DNA of 50,145 nt from a virus: positions 1 to 50,145 of the IMG/VR virus record IMGVR_UViG_3300047678_000278; one strand, written 5' to 3'. Shown in pieces: positions 16,276 to 23,537 of the stretch; the first letter of the stretch is position 1, and each line of letters begins with the position of its first letter. The position numbers and the translations under genes were made by a program. The notes under the pieces are model-generated. The model did no database searches. It had not been told where the DNA came from and was given only the letters and a program-made list of their open reading frames with translations.

Positions 16276-16458
16276 GTTGTTCGTTGACTCGATATCATTC
16301 ATTGACTCGATGCTATCCATTAGCTTGACATTGCCTATTAGCTCAATGGCTCACTGGCTCACTGGCTCAATACTATTCAATGGCTCGATATTATTCATTG
16401 ACTTGACACTATTCACTGGCTCAATGTTATTCATTAGCTCAATATTGTTCATTGGCTC
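16276..16458. repeat. Degenerate 18-bp tandem array (about 9 units, consensus near TATTATTCATTGGCTCAA) with an inserted TGGCTCA(C/A) triplet; iteron-like
   Basis: My hand segmentation gives units ending in ...gactcga, ...gactcga, ...agcttga, ...agctcaa, three tggctca(c/a), then ...ggctcga, ...gacttga, ...ggctcaa, ...agctcaa, ...ggctcgg. Confidence 0.8.
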
Positions 16459-16482
16459 GGTAAACGTAAGGGCCTTCGGCGC
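16458..16482 (+). repeat. 25-mer CGGTAAACGTAAGGGCCTTCGGCGC, copy 7
   Basis: Identical to 16206-16230. Confidence 0.95.
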
Positions 16483-16615
16483 TTCCATTCCCACTCCCCC
16501 TTCACCCCTCCCAATAGTGAATCAATGATGCTGAATCAAGGGCTAAAGTGTGGGTGAGAATGGGATAAAACCGAGAGATATAACACTGATCCATGAGATG
16601 CTTACCTTTAAGAGG

Positions 16616-16680
16616 GGTATTATTTTTTCTATTATATTTATTCTTTCATAGAAGAATAGAAGAACATAAAGAATAGAAAT
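16616..16680. other. AT-rich block with an inverted repeat and GAATAGAA direct repeats (candidate DNA-unwinding element)
   Basis: tattctt (16639-16645) pairs with aagaata (16652-16658). aagaatagaa occurs at 16652-16661 and 16669-16678. This is the most AT-rich stretch I saw in the window. Confidence 0.35.
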
Positions 16681-16953
16681 CCTAAGACCCCCCTAGGAGA
16701 ACCTTTTCACACTCGCACTCATTATATCTCTCTTTTCCTGCCCCACAATTTGACTCATTCCCACCTCACCACGGTGATTCCCAGGGCACACCTACGGAAG
16801 GTGCTACCTACGCCACAACGGTTGACTCTCCGCCCCCCTCCGCCCCTCCTTCCCTCCTCAACCGCTAAAATTTGACTCAACCTCCCCTCACCCGCCCCCA
16901 ACCCATTGATTTTTCAGCAAAAAAAATATCTCGACTCGACCCCCTATCTCACC

Positions 16954-16982
16954 TTTACATCCGTCCCCCAAAAGCGTACACT
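16954..16982 (+). promoter_or_regulatory. Sigma70-like early promoter, rightward (P_R)
   Basis: TTTACA (16954-16959), a 17-nt spacer, then TACACT (16977-16982). It lies about 70 nt upstream of ATG 17054. Confidence 0.45.
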
Positions 16983-17013
16983 TTCCCCAGTCCGCTGCAT
17001 TCAGCACCGGACG

Positions 17014-17040
17014 AAACCAAACCAAACCAAACCAAACCAA
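17014..17040 (+). repeat. (AAACC), 5 copies, in the predicted 5' leader just before the SD of gene 17054
   Basis: gaaaccaaaccaaaccaaaccaaaccaaGGAActcaacaccATG. Confidence 0.9.
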
Positions 17041-17053
17041 GGAACTCAACACC

Positions 17054-17908
17054 ATGTCTACTCTCAACGTAATCACTGACGAAAAATCCATCGAGCGAGT
17101 TAAGAAGGCTGCAACCGGCGGAACCATGCGGAAAGTCTATTCCACTATGGAAGCGGCAATCGCCGCCATGCAGTCCCTCGCTCCTATCGCCGCCGAACTC
17201 AAAATCGCCATCAAGACGGCCGATCCAGAGACCTTTGCAGCCGAAGGAATGCAGCCGGTAATCGCCATCGTCGGCGCTCGCAAAGAAGAAACCGGCGCAG
17301 ACGGCAAGAAGCGCGGAGTCGTCGGCATTAAGGGGGTTGCATTCTTCCCAATCCCCACCCTCGACACATTCCTTTCCGACGAGCAGGGGCGTGACTGGCT
17401 CGTTAAGATCGCCGAGAAAGAAGCCGCACACGTTATCTTCCGTCCACTCCGCTCCGCTGAAAGCCTCGAAGAACTCGATACAGCAGCACTCCCGTCGAGT
17501 GTCGCCGCAATCGTCATGTCGAGCCGCGCCGACGCACTCGATACTGACTGGCTCGATGCAGTCTGGCCGATGGCTCGTGAGGGACTCAAGCTCAAAGCCC
17601 CAAAGCTTTACGAAGCTCTGCCGAAGCAGAAAGCGGAACTCGTGAAGTGCCTGCGCTCGAAGTCCTACGCCGAGGGCGCATACTCAGTCCTAGAGGGAGC
17701 CAACGCATTCACCGGCGCGCTGGCAGCATTCCTTATGAAGGCCGGAGAACTCAACAAGGCGGAAGACGGCACGTCCGACCCGATCGATACCAGCGAACTC
17801 ACTCGCTGGCTTGACGCTCGTGACGAGACCAATCTCGCCATTCCGAAGCCCGCTGACTACTCGGCAATCGCTGGGCAGGACTTTAGCAAGATCGATATCG
17901 GCTTCTAG
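17054..17908 (+). CDS. Hypothetical protein (284 aa), first rightward gene
   Basis: Track ORF with AAGGAA SD. Ala/Glu-rich, ends ...DFSKIDIGF. No motif recognised. Confidence 0.65.
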   Translation: MSTLNVITDEKSIERVKKAATGGTMRKVYSTMEAAIAAMQSLAPIAAELKIAIKTADPETFAAEGMQPVIAIVGARKEETGADGKKRGVVGIKGVAFFPIPTLDTFLSDEQGRDWLVKIAEKEAAHVIFRPLRSAESLEELDTAALPSSVAAIVMSSRADALDTDWLDAVWPMAREGLKLKAPKLYEALPKQKAELVKCLRSKSYAEGAYSVLEGANAFTGALAAFLMKAGELNKAEDGTSDPIDTSELTRWLDARDETNLAIPKPADYSAIAGQDFSKIDIGF

Positions 17909-17929
17909 CCGATCTGCACTCACAACGGT

Positions 17930-17961
17930 TTGGTGCGTCTCAGCCCATCGCGGCGCACCAA
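17930..17961 (+). other. Intercistronic hairpin
   Basis: ttggtgcg (17930-17937) pairs with cgcaccaa (17954-17961), with a 16-nt loop and no T-tract. Confidence 0.35.
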
Positions 17962-18008
17962 CTCTCCCACTCAATCACAACCCGAATTACCTCACAGGAG
18001 TCACTCAA

Positions 18009-18329
18009 ATGGCCAAAATCAACCGCGCTCACTCGCAGACCGGCATTCGCACGGCTGGAATCCCCGGCTTCACTCTCACTATGGAAATCGTCTCGACAAT
18101 CATTCGCGAAGTCGAGCATGATCCGCACGGCGAGAAATTTCAGACTATCGGGCAGCACATTGACGCAATGATCGCGGAAGCCCTCTCACGCAAAGACCGT
18201 CCGAGTAACATCGCAATCGATCTCACCGACATGGCCGAGCTTCTAATCCCCGACCATCGCGGCTTTCAGTCCCTCAACCCACACGGCGACCACTTCGCTA
18301 ACGCCGAGCCGTTCAAAGTCACTCGCTAA
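18009..18329 (+). CDS. Hypothetical protein (106 aa)
   Basis: Track ORF 17811..18329 trimmed to MAKINRAHSQ, which is preceded by CAGGAG at 9 nt. Confidence 0.55.
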   Translation: MAKINRAHSQTGIRTAGIPGFTLTMEIVSTIIREVEHDPHGEKFQTIGQHIDAMIAEALSRKDRPSNIAIDLTDMAELLIPDHRGFQSLNPHGDHFANAEPFKVTR

Positions 18330-18335
18330 TCTACC

Positions 18336-18373
18336 GAGCCGCGCGAGTTACCAAGCCCGCGCGGCTCTTTATT
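18336..18373 (+). terminator. Rho-independent terminator
   Basis: gagccgcgcg (18336-18345) pairs with cgcgcggctc (18358-18367), with a 12-nt loop, followed by TTTATT. Confidence 0.75.
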
Positions 18374-18839
18374 CTGATATATATCTAATTTGATTCAAAA
18401 ATTTTTCCCTACGCTTCGCTTCGGGAAGGAAGAATTGAGCGGAGTCTGCGACGCATTCTCCTCTCGGGCTCGATCCTCGCTAACGCTCGGCGCCCTTCGG
18501 GTTGACTCGTTACACTCGGCCTCCGGCAGGGAGGAAGCTCGCTTCGCTCGACATATTGTGAAGGATTCGCTTCGCTCATGGACAGCGCTGTATCTCCACC
18601 ATGCCTATTATTACCTACACTCCCACTCTACACTACCCACACTCAACCACCACGCACCAACACGAGCGCATTCGATTCATACACTACCACTCACCTTGAC
18701 AGGGGCGGCAGGGGTAACTGGGACTCCTGAATCTTGTGGAGGGGGGCATATCCCCCCAGTGTACTCACGACCCGGCCCCGTTAATATGGGCCCCATGGCT
18801 CCGTAAGACTGCTTAGATCTCGCACCACGGTGAATCAAA

Positions 18840-19622
18840 ATGACAGATATGTTTGAGAAGGAGGGGGCGAAAAAAAATTTGCGAGGAGTCTTTGACGATA
18901 TTGATTTGAGTCAATGGGAGAATCCTGCCGTGGGAGCGGAGAAGGAGAAGGTGGAGGTGGAGGTGGAGAAGGTGATTGCGACTCCGTTGATTCCTGCTGC
19001 CCCGAAGGTGAAGCTGTCGGATATTGCGCGGTTGATTCTGAATGCTGATTCAAACGCGCCGGCTGGGAACGCGGAGGGGTTGAATGCCTCCCGTCAGGTT
19101 TTGGCTGATCGACTCGGCTGCACTGTGGCTGATATTAAGGAGGTCGCGGATAGCTACGGAGTCGATGCCTGGACCGCCCTTGTTTCGGAGGAGCGGGTGA
19201 AGCGGAGTCTTTCGATTGCGGCTGAACGCGATATCAGCTGGGATCGGCTCGAGAGTGTGGTGCTCAGGAAGTTGTTGAATCTGGTTGAGAACGATCGCGT
19301 GCAGACGGTGTCGGAGTTGGCCGCACTCAGCAAGCTGGCGAATCAAGCGACTCGTAGCCCGGATCGTAAAAGGGTTGGCGGTGGCGCGGACCAGCCGGGA
19401 GTTGGGTTGCAGGTGAATCAGCAATTCAACAATTATCTTCCTGGGAGCCCGGAGCACGGGGTTCTTCCTTCAGGGCATCTTGGCCGAATGACTCTTTCCC
19501 TCACCCACCGGATTCACAAGCAGATCGAAGGCGACGTGGTGAAGGGTGCGAGGGATTTGGATTCGCTGGAGATGCTGAGCCTGAAGGATATCCAGGAAGC
19601 AGAGAAGGCGTATGGGACGTGA
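18840..19622 (+). CDS. Putative small terminase subunit (assigned by position)
   Basis: Track ORF. It lies immediately upstream of TerL and overlaps it as GTGA. No diagnostic motif, so the call rests on position only. Confidence 0.4.
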   Translation: MTDMFEKEGAKKNLRGVFDDIDLSQWENPAVGAEKEKVEVEVEKVIATPLIPAAPKVKLSDIARLILNADSNAPAGNAEGLNASRQVLADRLGCTVADIKEVADSYGVDAWTALVSEERVKRSLSIAAERDISWDRLESVVLRKLLNLVENDRVQTVSELAALSKLANQATRSPDRKRVGGGADQPGVGLQVNQQFNNYLPGSPEHGVLPSGHLGRMTLSLTHRIHKQIEGDVVKGARDLDSLEMLSLKDIQEAEKAYGT

Positions 19623-21181
19623 GTCAGACCTCTCCATTCGTTAGGGTTGAGTTCGATCGTGCTGAGTTAAAGCAAGCGATTGCTCGTGACTGCATCACAG
19701 CTTTGACGTTTTATCTTGGGGAGGAGTTGACTCTCGAGGTCCCCGCATTCCATGAAGAGATATGGGGTGAGTTGGTGCGGTATCTTGATCGAGTCAGTGA
19801 GCCTGAGTTTCTTGTGGGGCATTTGCAGAAATTATTTGCGGTTCCGAGAGAGCATTCGAAATCAACTCTCGCGAAAGTCGCGGTTATCATATTCATGCGG
19901 TATTCCCCGCTTTCATTCACACTTTACATCTCCCGGACCTCTGGTATCGCTTTGAATGCTATCAAGGATGTTGTTGCATTCATGAAATCTGAGAATGAGG
20001 TTGAGTTGTATGGGCAGCCGACTGTCATTAAGGCGAATGAAACTGATTCCCTCTACATAGTCTCCATCTGGAGAGCGGATGGGACTCGAAAGACGGTGAT
20101 TCTGAAGGCAGTCGGTGCTCAGCATCAGGTTCGTGGACTCCTGATCGAAAACAAACGCCCCGATTTCGTGGTATTTGACGACGTGGAGGACTATGAGACA
20201 GCGGATGGGGGAGTCCAGCAAAAGAAACTCGACGAATGGGTGATGGGCACCGTCATGAAAGCTACGGCGAGGCGGAGTTTCCGACTCATGCTGGGCAATA
20301 TGGTCCGGAATACCACGCTTCTTGCGAGATTGAGTAAAGATGCAGACTGGAACCCGACTGTGTTTGGTGCGTTGGTCCGGGATAAAGTGACTGGGGCGCT
20401 TCAAGCCCTCTGGGAGGGCCGCTGGACCGTTGAATCCTTGATGGAGGACTATCGGAAGTATCGGAAGTTAGGCCTCGGTCATATCTGGGAGACGGAGATG
20501 ATGAATCTCTCCAAAGATGTGTTGTTCACAGCGGACCTGAGTGCTATGCCGATGCTTGAGTATGTCTCTCCGGATGACGTAGAAGCTGGGTTTCTGTGTC
20601 TCGACCCCGCATTCGGACAGAATGCGTGGAATGACGAGTCAGCCATCACTGTCCACGTCCGAGTGAAGGACTACCCCATCCCAGTTATTGTGGCTCACCG
20701 CGTAGGTCGATTCACCGAGAACCAGATCCTCGACAATATGGTCGAGTTGAGCTATTATTGGAATCTGACCTCCTGGGCCGTCGAGTCTCAGGCGGCGCAG
20801 CGGCTTCTGATCCCGTTGTTCCGCCTCCTTTTGTTGGATCGGAAGGTGAATCCCGACGTGTTCCTCATGCTGCCTGTCTTTACCGGGCAGAACACGAAAT
20901 CATCGCGCATTATCGCCTTCAGGACTTCTTGCGGTGCCGGTTCATACGCGATGACAGAGGATCAGGTGGATATTCGACTCAAACTCGAAGACTACTCCCC
21001 GGATACAAAGGATCATGACGATTTGTGCGACTCGGCTGCATTCGGTCCGATTGTTTGGAGTGCTTTCGGGGAATCGATTCAGTCTCAAGGGCGTGCTGAT
21101 ATCGCAGGTGCGTTGTTGCAACAAGATTCAAACTTATTCGGCAGAAGAACTGTAGGAGAGCTCGATGCATGTGCGCACTAA
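19619..21181 (+). CDS. terL: Terminase large subunit
   Basis: Track ORF with a GTG start. P-loop-like VPREHSKST, Walker B DFVVFDDVED and nuclease-domain CLDPAFGQ...DESAITV are present. Confidence 0.85.
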   Translation: MSQTSPFVRVEFDRAELKQAIARDCITALTFYLGEELTLEVPAFHEEIWGELVRYLDRVSEPEFLVGHLQKLFAVPREHSKSTLAKVAVIIFMRYSPLSFTLYISRTSGIALNAIKDVVAFMKSENEVELYGQPTVIKANETDSLYIVSIWRADGTRKTVILKAVGAQHQVRGLLIENKRPDFVVFDDVEDYETADGGVQQKKLDEWVMGTVMKATARRSFRLMLGNMVRNTTLLARLSKDADWNPTVFGALVRDKVTGALQALWEGRWTVESLMEDYRKYRKLGLGHIWETEMMNLSKDVLFTADLSAMPMLEYVSPDDVEAGFLCLDPAFGQNAWNDESAITVHVRVKDYPIPVIVAHRVGRFTENQILDNMVELSYYWNLTSWAVESQAAQRLLIPLFRLLLLDRKVNPDVFLMLPVFTGQNTKSSRIIAFRTSCGAGSYAMTEDQVDIRLKLEDYSPDTKDHDDLCDSAAFGPIVWSAFGESIQSQGRADIAGALLQQDSNLFGRRTVGELDACAH

Positions 21182-23162
21182 CGAGACGCTGAGGCGTCCG
21201 GACTTCAAACTGGCGGCTGTGCCGGGGACTCTAAACGACATGAGCGACGAGGATCATGGGGAGCTGATCGGGTATCTCGTCTCCCGGCTCAAGACCACGC
21301 ATTCCAATAGGTCGACGCGACTCAATCGTTATTCCCGCATCGACAAACTGATCTCCACCTGGCAGAAACTCAATGCCGACGACACGCAACGTGAGTTGAC
21401 CGAGGACAACACCGGTCGGCAGGCTCCGATCGCGATGAATCTCCCGATTCTCGCCGCTCACCTGGAAGATTTCGTGAGTTTCTACTCCGAGGTCTTCGCT
21501 CCGCACCGCAGGGATTTCTTCGTGACTCCCGAGTCCCCCAAAGGTCCCGACTCTCCGGAAAAGGACGACTCGCGGGGCATCGTGGAGTTGGGGAAGAAGA
21601 TGAATCGGGATACGAAATCCCGTGGGTATTATGCCGAGGTGTGCAAGACTCTGCGTGCTCTCGCGAAGTACAATGTCGGCGGATTCGCAGTCCGGATGGA
21701 ACCGGGTGGCGGAATCGGTGAGTTGGCATCTCCTGGGAATCGTGTTGAGTCCATTGATATGTATAATTACCTGTGGGATACTTCGATCACGGACATCAGC
21801 AAGGTGTCGACGGATGCGGAGTGGGCGGCGCGCGTGAGCCTGAAGAATCAGTTCTGGGTGCAGCGGAAGGCTCTGAAGGGGGAGTTGCAGCGAGTCACAC
21901 AGCTGATGACATACATGGAGCAAGAGAAAGAACTGCGTAGGAACTCGAAACGTTCGATCACGTTCTATCGTTCTCCGCCGACGCATGTCGGACTCACCAT
22001 CGACGGCCGTGATCAGCAGAGCAGCGGGACCGACAACGCTCAGACCGTGAACTGGGAGTCGTACGGCGCCGGACTCGAAGATGACAGCCAGGAAGAAACA
22101 GATGGTTTCGAGATCACCGAGATGTATTGCTGGTTGAATCCCTGGCAGTTCGGTCTCGTTCCGGAAACGGCAGGCTCGGCGAATACTGGTGCGGATGGCA
22201 GCGTCGGCACTGATTCGCGCGGCCAGGGCTATCAACTCTGGCGGTTCATCATTGCTGATTCGTGCCAGGTATTGCTGGCTGAACCGGTCATGGCTACTGT
22301 GCAGGATGAGGAGCCCCAGATTCCTCACTATCTCGCCTATATGACGCAGGATGATATGAAGGAAGCGCAGCGGAGTGTGATGGAGTTACTGAAGCCGTTC
22401 CAGCGCTTTGGCTCGTTTCTCATGAACATCTTCGTGACGGGGGCGAGAAAGAATATCTGGGGATTCAAGGGCGTCGATCCTTCCATGTTCGATACGAGCC
22501 AGTTCGAGCACGGTGAAGTCGCTGGCTGGATGAAGTCGAAGGTTCCAGGGCGAGATGTTCGGACGGGGCTGATCGGGCTCGACTCGAATACCGGCGTCCA
22601 GGAATCGATGCAAATGCTCGACCAAGTGCTGGGAGTGAGCCGGAGTTTGTTCCCGAGTCAGGCAATGCCTGCCCAGATTGCGAGTATTGACCGGGCGGTG
22701 AAGAATCAGGTCAGTGCTGTTATGCAAGGAGTGCATCGTCGCCTCCACATGACTGCACGGACGCTCGACGCGAATATGTTCAATCCGATGCGGATGCAGT
22801 GCTATCGCAATCTCGCGGCGAATGATGCAGATGGACTCGAGGGGCTGAAGGAAGAAGCGGTCGCCACGCTGCTCGGTTCTGGACTCCAGTCGTTGAACGC
22901 CGAAGCGGCGGCTGCGGAACTGCGGGAGATCATCTTCTCGATCATCCAGAATCAGGAGGCGATGGCCGTATTCGACATCGCGGCACTGTTCACGTTCTGG
23001 AGTCAATTGCTCAACCTTCCGACGGATCTCGGTTCGTTCGTGAAGGCACAGCAGCCCGGTGCATTGGCGGGTGCGCTCGGAGGAGCGGCTGGTGCTGGAG
23101 GACTCCCCGGAGGTCCTCCCACCGCAGGAAGTCAGATGCCGCCTGAAGGCATGGGAATCTAA
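21165..23162 (+). CDS. Portal protein (by position and size), Gly/Ala/Pro-rich C-terminal tail
   Basis: Track ORF. AGGAG lies 7 nt before ATG 21165. It follows TerL, is 665 aa, and ends ...GALGGAAGAGGLPGGPPTAGSQMPPEGMGI. Confidence 0.6.
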   Translation: MHVRTNETLRRPDFKLAAVPGTLNDMSDEDHGELIGYLVSRLKTTHSNRSTRLNRYSRIDKLISTWQKLNADDTQRELTEDNTGRQAPIAMNLPILAAHLEDFVSFYSEVFAPHRRDFFVTPESPKGPDSPEKDDSRGIVELGKKMNRDTKSRGYYAEVCKTLRALAKYNVGGFAVRMEPGGGIGELASPGNRVESIDMYNYLWDTSITDISKVSTDAEWAARVSLKNQFWVQRKALKGELQRVTQLMTYMEQEKELRRNSKRSITFYRSPPTHVGLTIDGRDQQSSGTDNAQTVNWESYGAGLEDDSQEETDGFEITEMYCWLNPWQFGLVPETAGSANTGADGSVGTDSRGQGYQLWRFIIADSCQVLLAEPVMATVQDEEPQIPHYLAYMTQDDMKEAQRSVMELLKPFQRFGSFLMNIFVTGARKNIWGFKGVDPSMFDTSQFEHGEVAGWMKSKVPGRDVRTGLIGLDSNTGVQESMQMLDQVLGVSRSLFPSQAMPAQIASIDRAVKNQVSAVMQGVHRRLHMTARTLDANMFNPMRMQCYRNLAANDADGLEGLKEEAVATLLGSGLQSLNAEAAAAELREIIFSIIQNQEAMAVFDIAALFTFWSQLLNLPTDLGSFVKAQQPGALAGALGGAAGAGGLPGGPPTAGSQMPPEGMGI

Positions 23163-23174
23163 CTGGAGGGTAAC

Positions 23175-23537
23175 ATGGACGGTATTGTTGCGGGTTTCTT
23201 CGGAGTCTTTTCTCCAAAGGGGAAATTGGAGCATGTGGATGGGAGTGAGGATGCTGCGAAGCATACCGCTCTTGCCATGTCTCCGAAGTCAGGTGGTGCG
23301 GTGCGATTGAATCGCACTATTCAACCTGTCACGATCCTGACGCTTCCGTTCGAGAATGCGCTGGATCAGCTGTTCTTCATCGCGATGCGGCAGAAGATCA
23401 AGCAACTCGAGGCGATCCTGCAGGAGTTCGAATCGAAACCGCCTTCAGACTGGCAGGAGCGATATCAGGCGCAAACGAGACTTGATTCGGCGTGGAAGGT
23501 CTATGCAGCGCTGGATGAAGTGTTCGGATCGACGTGA
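23175..23537 (+). CDS. Hypothetical protein (120 aa)
   Basis: Track ORF with GGAGGG SD. Confidence 0.5.
   Translation: MDGIVAGFFGVFSPKGKLEHVDGSEDAAKHTALAMSPKSGGAVRLNRTIQPVTILTLPFENALDQLFFIAMRQKIKQLEAILQEFESKPPSDWQERYQAQTRLDSAWKVYAALDEVFGST

Noticed and set aside
15569-16482. A CRISPR-like reading of the repeated 17-25 bp motif with intervening spacers.
   Set aside because: The copies differ in sequence and orientation. Spacing is irregular (about 50-250 bp). The spacers are themselves simple tandem repeats, and no cas genes are present.
15547-16528. Track ORFs inside the repeat region: 15547..15744 (ECDECDEC...), 15947..16129, 16178..16528 (LVLVLV..., SILFI...) and 16081..16320 on the minus strand (NTNTNT...).
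   Set aside because: Their sequences are just translated microsatellites. They have no SD, and they run through the recurring DNA motifs in arbitrary frames. The hydrophobic 16178..16528 product is noted but is most likely a by-product of GT-rich and T-rich repeats.
18390-18806. Track ORF of 138 aa filling the second non-coding region.
   Set aside because: It has a TTG start without an SD, a low-complexity His/Thr/Leu-rich product, and it spans hairpins and repeat motifs.
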